Below, in pieces: positions 38,106 to 52,359 of a stretch of DNA of 64,000 nt. Positions within the stretch are counted from its first letter, which is position 1. Each line of letters opens with the position of its first letter. The notes beneath the pieces were generated by a model. It had not been told where the DNA came from, did no database searches, and saw nothing but the letters and a program-made list of their open reading frames with translations. This DNA comes from Lama guanicoe (Eukaryota): assembly GCA_013239625.1 (NCBI GenBank), contig MU053304.1, positions 1,302,001-1,366,000 on the forward strand, read 5' to 3'. The translations under genes and the position numbers were made by a program.

Positions 38106-40484
38106 TTTATCTGGTATACCTTATCTGGTATTTTTTTAATTATAAAAATTTAAAATGTGTGGATAATCAAGATGGAATAAACAGAGGAATGAAAACAATG
38201 GAATAAAAAAAATCTAATCTTGAAAATGCTTCTTAATTAACAACTAAGAGAAAATAAAACAAGGTGTCCCCTCCTCTGACCTATGGATGTTAAGAGGAAC
38301 ACTGCCTTGTATTATAAAACGAGTTCATAAATGATAAGATGTGGTTAATAATGATACGATATGAATAAATTGAAATTTCTGCAAGATTATCAACATTGTC
38401 CTGGGACTTCTGCTTTGTGCTAATAGAAATCTTTCTGTGCTATTGTTTTATGCAGAGAATCTTTCTACACATCTGAATTTCAGAAATTGCTGCTATTTTC
38501 TGTGATAGTAATTTTAAACCTAAGCCTGTAATTCTGGTTCTCAGTTGATTGTTTTATTGCTCTGATAATGTTTTAATCGACATTCTGTATTCATAGAAGT
38601 CATGAAGACATTAGCTTTCTTTGTCAAACCAGAAGAGAATTATTGCCATTTCTCAGTACCCAAAATGCATTTGGGAATAATAATAAATGTCACATTATTG
38701 TGTCAAATTCCTGTAAAAAAAAAAAGGTTTCTGGTTAAATATAGTAGATTAAAGAGAAGCATTTGTCTTCTCTTTTATTAACCTCATCCCCACCTAAAAT
38801 GCTAATTAAGGTACTGGATTAACAATGACAAGGAGAATGGCAGGGGGCAAGGAGCAGATGAGAGGTATCTACAAAAATCTATAAAACAAAAAGTGTTCAG
38901 AGGATCACTAATTACTATAGTACGTGGAGGATATCCCTAGAGGGCAAGAAAGCAACCAGCGTGCCCTGCAGAACCGTGGAGAGGCAGTGTAGATCACAAG
39001 GGAGACGTGGTGCTGAAAATTGACATGTTATTTTATAAATGAAAAACAGAACAGCACACCCTCTACCTCTCAAGTGCATCCTGACCATTTGTACCCAGGC
39101 AGCCTCTCAGAGGGAAACACTGCTGTCCTTTCCGTCACCATATGTTAATTTTGCTTGTTCCTGGATTTCAGATACATGAAAATAATACATCATGTGTGCT
39201 TTGTATCTGAATTCTTTGCTCATCATCTATGTTGTTGGATGAACAGAAATTTGTTCTTTTTTATTGTTGAAGATATTCCATTGTGTGGACCTACCACAAT
39301 TTGTTCATTAATTTTCCTGTTAATGGACATTTGGGTAGATGCTAGCCTGGGACTAGTATTAATAAAGCTTGTTATTGTACAGGCTATTTTTTGTGTGTGG
39401 CAAGATGTTTTAATTTCTCTTGAGTAAATAACTAGGAATAGAATTGCTGGGTCATTGTGTAGGAATATGTTTAATGGTTTTAGAATCTGTCAAACTACAT
39501 TTCAAAATCTATTAGAAGCAGTCTTTCTAATTTTAGCCATTTTAGTCTATAAGTGTATAATGTGGAATCTCACATAGTTTTAATTTGTATTTCTTTAATG
39601 ACTAGTGATACTGAGCATATTTTCATATGCTTATGGCCAATTTATAATTTTCCTTTGTGAAATGTCTTTTCAAGTCTTTGCCCCATTTATATTATTGGAC
39701 TGTCGTTTATTACTTACTGACGGGTAGGAGTTTGTGTATAGTATGGAAAGAAGTGTTTTGTTTAATTCAGGAGTTTAAATACAATGTTAAGGAGAAATGG
39801 TGAGAATGGAAGCCCTTGCCTTGTTTCCAGTCTTGGAGAAAAGGCTTTCAGTATCATCAAGTATAATGTCATACATGTATGTATATGTGTCACACATACA
39901 CATACGACTGAGGAAGTTTCTGTTTATTCCCAGTTTCCTGAGAGTTTTATCATGGACAGATGTTGAATATTATCAAATGCATCTATCGAACTATTCATAT
40001 GGTTTTCCTTCTTTATTCTTTAATTGGTCAGTCACATTGATTGATTTCCAAAGCCTCCTCTAAGTAGAAGCAGATAATCACAGGTCAGAAGGAAATTTTC
40101 AGAAAATTCTCCAGTAACAAAGAAAAAAAAAAAAGAGAGAGAGAGAAAAAAGTTACCCCAGGAGAAACAGAGATATTACAGGAAATAGGAGCAACTTCCA
40201 AAACCTCTAATATTTTCAGAGAGATTTGAGAATACACATCACACCCCCCCAATTACAAAAAAGAACCAACAGAGAAAGAGATAGTAGTCTTAGATATTTT
40301 TGAAATTGAGTTTTGGAAATTTACTAAGATTTACTAAAATGGTTGTAAAATAAAGTTGGAGAAATGTCCCAGAAAATTAAGTAAAGAGATTAAAAGAACA
40401 AAAAAAGAATAAATCTGAAAGAACATATGGGAGGGTAAGATTAATTTAGGGGTCTAACAGCAACCTAATTAGAGTCAAGAAAAA

Positions 40485-41545
40485 TGTGGAAGGAAAGCCA
40501 ACATATGGAATGGGAGAAACTATTTGTAAACAATGCAACTGACAAGGGTTTAATTTCCAGAGTAATCAAACAGCCCATATAACTCAATAACAAACAAACA
40601 AACAACTCAGTCAGAAAATGGGTAGAAAACATAAACAGACATTTCTCCAGTGAAGACATACAGATGGCCAATAGGCACATGAAAAACTGCTCAGTATCAC
40701 TAATTATCAGAGAAACGCAAATCAAAACTACAGTGAAATTTCATCTCACACCAGTCAGAATGGTCATCATTAAAAAGTTCACAAATGATAACTGCTGGAG
40801 AGGGTGTGGAGAAAAGGGAACCCTACTACATTTAGTGGGAGTGTAGTCTAGCACAGCCACTGTGGAGAACAGTATGGAGTTTCCTTAAAAAACTAAAAAT
40901 AGACTTACCATATGATCCAACAATACAACTCTAGGGAATATATCTGAAGGAAACTCTAATTTGAAAAGATACTTGCACCCCAATGTTCACAGCAGCACTA
41001 TTTACAATAGCCAAGACATGGAAGCAACCTAAATGCTCATTGATAGCCGACTGGATAAAGAAGATGTGGTGTCTATATAATACAATGGAATTGTACTACT
41101 CAGCCATAAAAAATGAAATAATGCCATCTGCAGCAACATGGATGGATCTAGAGATTATTATACTAAGTAAAGTGAGCCAGAAAGAGAAAGAAAAATACCA
41201 TATGATATCTCTTATATGTGGAATCTAAAAAAAAATCACAAAAATGACTTATTTACAAAACAGAAACAGACTCACAGACATAGAAAACAAATAGTTACCA
41301 GGGGGAAAGGGAGTGGGGAGGGATAGACTGGGAATTCAGGATTTGCAGATACTGACTACTACATATGAAATAGACAACAAGGTCATACTGTATACCACAG
41401 GGAACTATATTTAATATCTTATAATAACCTAGGCTGAAAAAATATGGAAAGGAACATATACATGTATGTAAAACTGAATCACTATGCTGTACACCAGAAA
41501 CTGGTACAACGTTGTAAATTGACTACACTTCGATTTAAAAAAAAG
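40485..41545 (+). mobile_element. LINE-1 3' fragment (ORF2 C-terminus + 3' UTR)
   Basis: ORFs [23 protein letters not shown] and [18 protein letters not shown] are L1 ORF2 C-terminal motifs; A tail. Confidence 0.92.
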
Positions 41546-42469
41546 ATAAGAAGAATTTAATTTGGTCCTGCATACAGTCTACATTTATGCAAGGAAAAAG
41601 GTAGAATATTTGGACTGAATCCTGACTTCATTGTTAAAAAAAAGAGAGAGATGCAAGGAAACGCAGAAGAAGGAGGACCATATAAAAAGAATTATTTAAG
41701 GAGATATATACCATGGAGTAGAAAGACATGAATTTTTATAGGACTTACAAAAGCAAATTATAAAAGAACCAAACCAAGGCATACCATTATGAAATACCAA
41801 CACCTTAAAAACAAAGAGAAGAACTTAAAAGCTTCCAGAAAGAATTAAGAAACTGGTCACCTGTGGAGGAATGATAGCAAGAATAGGTTGAGACACCTCA
41901 TCAGTAACAGATCTAGCCCTTCAAAATGCAGAGTGAATCAGGACAACTACAGACATGTATGGCTGAGAAATTTTACTTTATGAACATCCATTTTGAGTGT
42001 TTTTCCTAAAATTTTCTTTATTTCTTTTATGTATATGTCAATACATATATTTAAGATTTTTAAATGCAATTTATACACACTCTAAAATGTTTATGTAATC
42101 ACTGTCTTACTTCCTATTTTTTGTGTTTTCCAACCACATCACTCCTTCCTTTCTATCCACATCACTGTCTCCACCCCTTTTGCATAATCCATTTTAATCA
42201 CCTTGCATGTATTCTTTCCTAAATTCTCCATAAGCTTTAAATCCACTACCTATTTCTGTAACCTACCCATATCTTGTAGAGTTTTTATTTATCATTTTAT
42301 ATTATAATATTATATAATTTCTTTCCCTGGATTATAAACTGTCTTCTAAATCAAATTTGTCTTTAATATCTTGCAAAACATTCTCTAAGTCATCTAGTAT
42401 GGTTCTAGTAGGTTTGTTCATTTATCAAATATATAATATTGAACAGCACACACTCATTTTTAGGAAAAT

Positions 42470-45200
42470 TCAACAGGATGAATTCCAGAAAACCAGAGAA
42501 GTACAGTAATGACGAAGATGTGAAAATTAGAAACCAGTGGATCCAATTCTAGAAACATAAAGGGAAACCCAAGTTGGCAGTCTGGCAACAATGACCATAG
42601 ATTGGAACAGGTGATGATTACAGCATATGGATAAGTGCAACGAATGACAGCAGTGTCACAAGGGATAGGAAAAAGGAATTGAGAATACTCTGTTATAAGA
42701 TATCTTGCTGCAGATGAATTGGTATAAAATGTGTATTGCAATCTCTAGGCAACCACTAAAAACATTTAAAAGTATAATTGGTATGTTAATAGAGGACTAA
42801 GATGGAATCATACAAAATGCTAAATTAAAGCTAGAGAAGGCAGAAGAAAGGGGGAAAGAAACAAAGAAAAAATACAATGAATAAAGAAAAGTTACAAACA
42901 TGATAATATAATCCAATACATCAATAATTACTTTCAGTGTGAATAGTCTAAATACTCCAGTTAAAATCAGAGATTGTCAAAGTGACAGAGAAAACAAGAC
43001 CCAACTATATATTGTCAATAAGAAAAACCTGTAAATATGAAGACACAGGTTAAGAATAGAGGAGATGCCATTTTAACACTAATCGAAAGAAAGAGTAGCT
43101 ATTTTATTTCCAGAGAAAAAAGACATTAGAACAATGGAGATTATCACAGAGAAAGAGAGCAATACATATGATATAGGGATCAGTTTTCCAAGAAGACATA
43201 ACAATCCTTAATGTGTATTTACACATGATAAACACACAGCATCAAATTAAGGTAAAAATTGAAAGAACTGTAATAGAAATAGAAAAATCCACTATTACAG
43301 TTGGATACATGGACAATCCTATTTTAGTCATTCATAGGTCAAGCAAGTAGAGAAACATTAAGAATATACTTGACCTAAACATCACTACCAATCAATTTGA
43401 TCTGTTTGATGGTTAGAATACTCCATCTAACAATAGCAGAATGCACATACTCCTCAGTGCCATCAAGATAGAACACATTATTGGCTATAAAACAAATATT
43501 AAGCTTGAAAGAATAGAAAGCATAAAAATTATGTCTTTCAGACAAAAAGGAATTAACTACAAATCAATAACAGAAAGAGGTGGGAAATTCTCCAAATACT
43601 TGGAGATTTAAAAATACACTCCTATATAACACAAGGGTCAGAGAAGTATCAAGAGAAATTTTAAAATATTTTGAACTGAATGACAATGAACCTACAACTA
43701 ATCAAAATTTGTTGGATGTTGAAAAAGCAGTGATTATAAAGAAATATATTTCATTAAATGTACATTTAATAGAAAAGAAGACAGATATAAAATCAACAAT
43801 CTAAGTTTCTCTACTTTGGACACGGGGGGGAAGAAAAAGACCAACTTAAGCCTTAAAGCAATGGAAAAAATGAAGTAAAAGAGCAGAAATCAATGAAACT
43901 GGAAATAGGAAACAAAAGATAAGACTCCACAAAACCTAAAGCTGGTTCTTGGAAAAGATCAATAAAATTGATAAACTTCTATACAGACTAACTAAAGAAA
44001 AAAGAGAAATAAGACACAAATTACCAATGTCAGAAGCGAAAGTAGAATCATCACAACTGATTCTATGAATACTAAAAGTAAAACAAGGAATACTACGAGT
44101 AAGTCTATTCCCAAAATTTGATAACTTATATAAAATCGACCAAAGTTGAGAAGGATACAAACAACCAAAACTCACACAAGGAGAAATAGATAATTTGAAT
44201 AGGCCTATATCCATTAAAAATTGAATTAATAATTAATAACTTTGAAAAAAGTAAGCACTAGGGCCAGGTGGTTTCATTGGTTAATTATACTAAACATTTA
44301 AGGAAGAAATGATACCAATTATCCACAATCTTGTCCAGAAAATAGAAGCAAAGGAAACACTTCTTAATTTTTTCTATGAGCCCAGCACTACTGCAGTATC
44401 AAAAGCAGATAAAGACAAACTACAGGCCAAATCTCTCATAAACACTGATACAAAAATCTTCAAGATAATATTAACAAATTGCATCCAACAGTATAAAAAT
44501 ATCTATATATAGTGTGACCAAGTGGAATTTATTCCAGATATGCAAGGCTGGTTCAGTCTTTGAAATCAGTCAGTATAATCCACCGTATCACCAAGCTAAA
44601 GAAAAAGGTTAGATGACCATATCATTTGATGCAGAAAAGTCATTTGACAAAGTTCATCACTTTTTCATGTAAATCCCCTCACTCAGAAAACTAGAAATAG
44701 AGAAGAATATCTTCAAATTGAGAAAAAACATCTATTTTTAAAAACCCATATGTAGTATCATATTTACTGTTGAAAACCTGGACATCTTCCTAAGATCAGA
44801 AACAAGGCAAAGATACACTCTTTTACCATTCCTATCAAACAATGTACTGGAAGGCACAGCTACTACAAAAGAAAAAAAGAGAGAGAGAGAAAAGGAAATT
44901 TAACGTACAGAGTTTGGGAAGGAAGAATAAAACTGCCTTTGTTTTCAGATAACATGATTGGCTTTGTAGAAAATCCCAAGGAGTGCACACACACAAAAAC
45001 ATCTCCTGGGACTAATAGGTAAGTATAGCAAGTTTGCTGGACACAAGGTTAATATACAATCAATTGCTTTTGTATATACTAACACTAAAAAATTGGAATT
45101 TGAAATGCAAGAAGATGCCATTTACAATAGCATCAAAAATGTGAAATCCTTAGGTATGAATCTAACAAAATACGTACATGATCTATATGCAGAAAGTTGT
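42470..45200 (+). mobile_element. Old degenerate LINE-1 (inter-ORF region, endonuclease and RT part of ORF2)
   Basis: gaccaagtggaatttattccagatatgcaaggctggttc, gatgcagaaaagtcatttgacaaa, gcagataacatgat-like motifs; many stops. Confidence 0.88.
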
Positions 45201-45551
45201 TCTAGAAAGAGAGGATTTGTACTTTGAAAAATATAATAGTAATTACTTTGATGTAAAATTTCAAATTATAAACAAAATGTTGAGCTGAGTATAGGGAAAT
45301 TTGAATTAAATTATTTCTTTTAAATATGAAAAACTTGAACAATATTGTTTCAAATTTAATACTAAGGAATACAGAAATGTAAAGTTAAAATTATTTTGAA
45401 AAGTTGAAAGTAACCACTGGTTGAATGAGATCAGGCTCTATAAAACACTAAGAGATAAAAAGTAAACATTGCTTGCATTTTTACAGAGAAAAAAATAGGA
45501 ATTCTAAAAGCTAAAACAGAAAAAATATACATAATTTAAACCACTAAATGT

Positions 45552-46497
45552 GAAAAAAAAAATCAAAAAAATGGGCAGAAGACCTAAACAAGCAATTCTC
45601 CAATAAAGACATACCGATGTCCAATAGGCACATGAAAAAATGCTTAATTTCACAACTTATCAGAGAAATGCAAATAAAACTACAGTGAGGTATCACCTCA
45701 CACCAGTCAGAATGGCCATCATTAAAAAGTTCACAAATTACAACTGCTGGAGAGGGTGTGAAGAAAAAGGAATCCTCCTACAGTTAGTGGGAATGCAGTC
45801 TAGTACAGCCATCATGGAAGACAGGATGGAGATTCCTTAAAAACTAAAATAGACTTATCATATGATCCAGCAATCCTATTCCTAGGCATATATCTGGAGA
45901 GAACTCTAATTCAAAAAGATATATGCACCTCAGTGTTCACAGCAGCACTATTTACGATAGCCAAGACATGGAAACAACCTTAATGGCAATCAACAGATGA
46001 CTGGATAAAGAAGTTATGGTATAGTTATATAATGGAATACTATTCAGCCATAAAAAGTAAACTAATGCTATTTGCAGCAATATGGATGGACTTGGAGATC
46101 ATCATTCTAAGTGAAGTAAGCCAGAAGCAGAAAGAAAAATACCATATGATATCACTCATGTGTGTAATGTAAAAAAAAAAATGACACAAATGAACCTATT
46201 TACAAAACAGAATTGGAATCACAGACATAGAGAATGAATATGGTTACCAGGGGGTAAATGGGGTGGGAAGGGATAAATTGGAAGTTCAAAATTTGCAGAT
46301 ACTAACAACTATATACAAAATAGATAAACAACAAGTTTCTACTGTATACCACGGGGAACTATATTCAGTATCTTATAGTAACCTATAATGAGAAAGAATA
46401 TGAAAAGGAACACATTTATGTATATGTATGACTGAAACATTATGCTGTACACCAGAAATTGATACAACATTGTAAACTGACTATACTTCAGTAAAAA
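45552..46497 (+). mobile_element. LINE-1 3' fragment with TSD
   Basis: L1 ORF2 tail ([13 protein letters not shown]); TSD ccactaaatgt at ~45541 and ~46500. Confidence 0.92.
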
Positions 46498-46617
46498 ACC
46501 CACTAAATGTAAATGAAAAATGATATTGAAAGGCACAGGATCAAAATAGAATCCAACAAGAGACACAAGAAAGACAAAGTGACACAAAATTTGTTAAAGT
46601 CAAAGATAAGCAAGTTA

Positions 46618-47390
46618 TAAATGACAAATGCTGGAGAGGCTGTGGAGAAAGGGGAACCCTCCTACACTGCTGGTGGGAATGCAGTTTGGTGCAGCCACTA
46701 TGGAAAGCAGTGTGGAGATTCCTCAAAAGACTAGGAATAGACTTACCATATGATTCCTGGGCATATAACCAGAAGGAACCCTACTTCAAAACAACACCTG
46801 CACCCCAATGTTCATAGCAGCACTATTTACAATAGTCAAGACATGGAAACAGCCTAAATGTCCATCAACAGATGACCGGATGAAGAAGATGTGGTATATT
46901 TGTACAATGGAATACTGTTCAGCCATTAAAACGACAACATAATGCCATTGGCAGCAACATGGATGTCCCTGGAGAATGTCATTCTAAGTGAAGTAAGCCA
47001 GAAAGAGAAAGAAAAATACCATATGAGATCGCTCATATGTGGAATCTAAAAAAGAAAATAAAAGAAAAAGACAAATGAACATAAATATAAAACAGAAACA
47101 GACTCATAGACATAGCAAACAAACTTGCAGTTGCCAGGGGGGAAGTGGGTGGGAAGGGACAGACCAGGGGTTCGAAATTTGTAGACACTGAAAGGCATAT
47201 ATAGAATAGATAAACAAGATTACACTATATAGCACAGGGAAATGTATACGAGATCTTGTGGTAGCTCATGGTGAAAAAGAATGCGACAATGAATGTTCAT
47301 GTATAACTGAAAAATTGTATTCTACAATGGAAACTGGCACAACATTGTAAACTGACTATAGCTCAATAAAATAAAATTTAAAAAAAGAAA
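46618..47390 (+). mobile_element. LINE-1 3' fragment with TSD
   Basis: TSD aaagataagcaa(g/a)ttat at 46602 and 47391; L1 3' UTR and A tail. Confidence 0.92.
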
Positions 47391-48959
47391 AAAGATAAGC
47401 AAATTATGGTATTCAAATATAAACAAAACAAAAAAATAAAGATACTCATATCCATTGCAAACCAAAACTCAAGAAACAATAGGACAAATGTTTTATCAAT
47501 ATCAAGAAACAATTCATCTGTAGTTCATAACTCTTGACATATTCCAAAAATGATCAAAATATACATGCTTTGGATAAATTGACAAGAATGATTTATTATT
47601 TAATCCTGTGACTTAAAAACAGAACACACCATTTTTTCCCCAATGTCCTTTAAATGCACATCAGAATGGATCATAATGCCAACCACAAAAGAAATCTTGA
47701 TAAGCTATAATCAGATGCTAAATAGGCTGCATGTTAAAGAAAATAAACAACCCAGAGATTTTATAAAATAGAACAAAAAATACTCGTTGGTTCAAAGATA
47801 TTTTGTGGTTAGAGGCTATTTCAAATAAAAAGTGGAAGAAAATGGAAAATAGTAAAATGAGAATGAGTAAAGATGGCTTAGCATTAGCAAATCTCTTTAC
47901 ATAAGTTGTTACATCAACAAACAAAAGGAGAAAAAAGTATACAAATATATCTGTAAATAATTTTAAAAGGGAATTTGTTGACTTAACAGCTATTTTTATA
48001 AAAACTACAAGAAACACACAGATGCTTAACACAATATAAAGTCCCCCAAAATAACAAATATTATAGTAAACATTAAAATGATGAAATAATTTAAATAGAA
48101 AAAACCAAGGATGCCTACCATTTCCATAATTGTTATATATATGCATATATTTTAGAAGTTTTGGCTATTGCAGTAGGATAAGAAAATGAAGTCATGGACC
48201 TATATGAAGAAAGTATGGACCTATATGAAGAAAAATCTATAAAATCTTATTTGAAGGAAATTAAATAAAATCTAAATATACAGAGATATATAAGGTGCCC
48301 CCAATGAAGAAAGCATAGTAATTTAAAAATGTCAGTCCTTTGGAAATTATCATAAAAATGTGGTACACTTGCAACTTTTAATCCCATTGAAACTGAATAA
48401 AGTATTATAGAAACATACATGACAGAAAATAAATATCTGAGTCAAGCCAAGAAAAAAACATAAAAAGAATGTAGGTGGAGGAAGATTTAATAGATTTAAA
48501 TGTAAAAAAAGCAATCCAGACATTAAAAGACAATGTAGAAAATATTTTCAACACATAAGACAAAAGGTTAATATATCTGATGTACAAAGATTCCAGCCTA
48601 CTGATAAAATATGACAAATAACTCCAAAGAAAATGAACTTGAATAGGCAGCTTAGGGAAGAGAAAATGAAAATGTTAAACATATGAATACAAACAAACTA
48701 AAACATCAATGAGAAACCATTTCTCACCCATTAGACTGGCAAACATAACTTTGTAAACGACACTGCAGTGTGGGAGAAGATTCAGAGAAACATTCGTTCA
48801 TTGCTGGCATGAGTATGAGTTGCTAAAGCCTTTTCAGAAAAGATCTGGCAATATCTACTAAATTTTAAGACTCACTACAGATTGACCCAGCAGTCAGCCC
48901 TACTTTTGGAATCTATCTTGTGGAAATAAAAACACCAATATGCATTTTACAGAAATAAA

Positions 48960-49540
48960 AGCTCCAGACATTTCAGTAGCTCCCATTTTCCCCAGAGTAA
49001 AAGCTAAGTTCTTATATGGTTCAGATGACCTGAAATGATACAGCCCTTCTCTCTTTTCCTCTACCTCACTGCTCTCTGGCCACAGCCTTCTCTTTGCTGT
49101 TTCTTTACACCAGGCACACTACAGCTCTAGGAACATGGTGCTGACTCTCTCCTCTGGGTGATACGTTCTTTGCCCAGAAATCCACACAGTGAACTAACTC
49201 CCTCATCTCTTTAAGGTCCTTGCTCCACATCACCTTCTCAATGAGGACTGGTTTGACCAATCTACTGAAAATCACAACCATAGCCTACCACCTTTATGAA
49301 TACTCCCAACCACCTAATCTGGCTCTTTTTTTGGTCCATGTCCTTATTATTACCTAACATACTAAAGTAATCAATTACTTATTTTATGTAGTGTTTATTG
49401 TCTTATTCATTGGCTATTCATTGATTGTCTACTCCCAAAGTACACATGCCATACTATAGGAATTTTGTCTGGTTTTTCCCTTAATTTTCCCGGAGTCCCT
49501 GATACACACAAAGCACTAATAAATATTTATTGATAGATGC
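48960..49540 (+). mobile_element. L2 LINE 3' fragment
   Basis: Ends cactaataaatatttattgatagatg; boundaries approximate. Confidence 0.65.
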
Positions 49541-50254
49541 CCATAAGTACAAAAGTTTTTATTGAACATTGTGGGGTTTTTTTTGTAGCAAAATATACAA
49601 CAGTAACAATATAACACTGACCCCTAAATCTGAAAACAACCAAATTGTCCATTAAGTTGAATGGTTGAGTAAATAATGGTAAATACACATTGCTGGAATA
49701 TTACATATCTATTTATTTTTAATAATTTGGATGGAAGGGCATTAATTTATTAATGAATAATAAACAAGTTCATATTAATATATTATGACTCAATTTTTAT
49801 ATAAACCCAAAGTAACAAAATCTTTTACTTGTGTGTAAAGTTTAGAACAAATGTTGGGAAAGGCATGAGATGCTACATCCCAGCCTGTTAACACTGGCTT
49901 AGTGAAGAGTGTCAGAGTTACACCCAGGTCCCTTCAGACCCTTATTTTATCATTTTTTGGTAACATCAGAGGAAGTAGAAATAATAGAGGCAACAGAGTA
50001 AGACTTTACAGTAAGTATATTTACTACTCCTGCAGCTTATAAGATAACAAACTTCTATAAAACAACTAACTGGAAAACTTAGAAATTTAAAAGTTGTTTT
50101 TCCAAATTCAAATATAAACATAGTCAAAATTATAAAATATTTAGGAATAAATTTAACAAACGGAAGATAAGATTTATGTGCCAAAACTACAAAACATTGC
50201 TAAGAAAAATTAAATACTGAAATAAATAGAAACTTTCTGGAAGACTCAATGTTT

Positions 50255-50396
50255 CTATTTTTATTTTTATTTATTTATTTTGAGGGGGTGGCAGTTAGGT
50301 TTATTTACTTATCTTGACAGAGATACTGGGGATTGAACCCAGAACCTTGTGCATGTTAAACATGCACTCTACCACTGAGCTATATCCTTCCCCTCC
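50255..50396 (-). mobile_element. Camelid Vic-type tRNA-derived SINE
   Basis: tactggggattgaacccagaaccttgtgcatg...ctctaccactgagctata; TSD aa(g/t)actcaatgttt. Confidence 0.88.
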
Positions 50397-50554
50397 AATA
50401 CTCAATGTTTTTAAGATGGCAATTCTCCCCAAACTGATCTATAGATTCAATCAATTCCTATCAAAATCTTAGCAGGCCTTTTTGAAAGAAACTGATTAGC
50501 TGGTCTTAAAATTTATATGGAAATGCAAAGGACCCAGAATTGTAAAAATAATCT

Positions 50555-51870
50555 CCTCCTCTCTTAGAGTAATGGAAATAAAAACAAAAATAAACAAATG
50601 GGAACTAATTAAACTTAAAAGCTCTTGCACAGTAAAGGAAACCATCAACAAAATGAAAAGACAACCTATGGAATGAGATAAAATATTTGCAAATGATGCA
50701 ACTGACAGGGGCTTAATTTTCAAAATATACAAACAGCTCATATAGCTCAATATCAAAAAAACAAATAACCCAACCAAAAAATGGGCAGAAGGCCTAAATA
50801 GACACTTCTCCAAAGAAGAAATACAGCTGGCTAACAGGCACATGAAAAGATAGTAAACATTGCTAATTATTAGAGAAATGCAAATCAAAACTACAATGAG
50901 GCTTCACCTCACACTGGTCAGAATGGCCATCATCAAAGTCTACAAATAATAAATGCTAGAGAGGGTGTGGAGAAAAGGAAACCTTCCTATTCTGCTGATG
51001 GAAATGTAAACTGGTGCAACCTCTACGGAAAACAGTATGAATGATCCTTAAAAAACTAAAAACAGAGGCCTGAATGGACACCTGATTGAATCCTTGAGAA
51101 CAAACAAATAATAGAATAAGAGCTAGAAAGTAAGTAACTCTTCAAAAAACCTTAGAAGAAATAGATGGAATTTTAAAAAACTACTGTCCTTAGTAGTAGA
51201 AAGACAATATTGAATTCATTTCACAAAAAGAATGGTATAAAAAAGAAGCAATTTTTCACTACTGGACATAAATCCAGAGAAAATATAATTTGAAAAAACA
51301 CACCCACCCCAGTGTTCACAGTGGCACTATTTACAAAAGCCAAGACATGGAAACAACCTAAATGTCCATCAACAGATGATTAAATAAAGAAGATGTGATA
51401 TGTATATATACTGGAATATAGGATACTACTCAGTCATAAAAAGAATAAAATAATGCCATTTGTAGCAACATGGATGGACTTGGAGACTGTCATTCTAAGT
51501 GAAGTAAGCCAGAAAGAGAAAGAAAAATACCATATGATATCGCTTATATGTGGAATCTAAAAAAAGACACAAATGAACTTATCAAAACAGAAACAGACTC
51601 ACAGACATAGAGAACAAACTTACAGTTACCAGGGGGTAAATGGGGTGGGAAGGGATAAATTGGGAGTTCAAAATTTGCAGATACTAACTACTATATATAA
51701 AATAGACAACAAGTTTCTACTGTATAGTACAGGGAACTATATTCCGTATCTTGTAGTAACCTATAATAAAAATGAATATGAAAATAAATATATGTATGTA
51801 TATGAATGACTGAAACATGCTGTACACCAGAAATTGATACAATATTGTAAACTGATTACACTTCAATAAC
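50555..51870 (+). mobile_element. Two LINE-1 ORF2/3' UTR fragments (50555-51067 and ~51257-51870) separated by older repeat sequence
   Basis: L1 ORF2 tail motifs; unrelated ~190-nt spacer; L1 3' UTR. Confidence 0.85.
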
Positions 51871-52359
51871 AAAGAATGCAAAAAGGTAGCAATTTTTAAA
51901 AAGAGCTTTTGGAAATTTAAAATATGATACCAGAAATTTAAAAATCATTAGAACGAATGAGCAACCTGAGAAAATTTCACAGATAGTAGATTCAAAAGAA
52001 AAAAATACAAACATTTGTCTCAAAACCCTGAAAATCAAGAAGCTTATAGAGGCTCAACCTGGGAGAGCTAATATCCAACTATCAGGAATTTCAAAAAGAT
52101 AGAAGAAAGCAGAAGGGAGGAAATTACTGAATAAATATTACAAGTAAAATTGTGTGAATTGAAATAAGTAGGTTTCCATCTGAAAGGGCCCTGGAGTACT
52201 CAGAACAATGATTAAAACCAACACTCACTAAGGCAAACCATCATCAAATTTCAGAAATCAAAGGATTGAAGAGAAGAACCAGAAAGTCTCAGAGAGGCAA
52301 AACAGCGACATACAAAAAAATAAAAAATAAAAAAGGATCAAGAATCAGAATGGCACAGA

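Noticed and set aside
48194..48233. Short tandem duplication atggacctatatgaagaaa x2
   Set aside because: Ordinary slippage duplication inside an old L1; not a CRISPR-like or regulatory array
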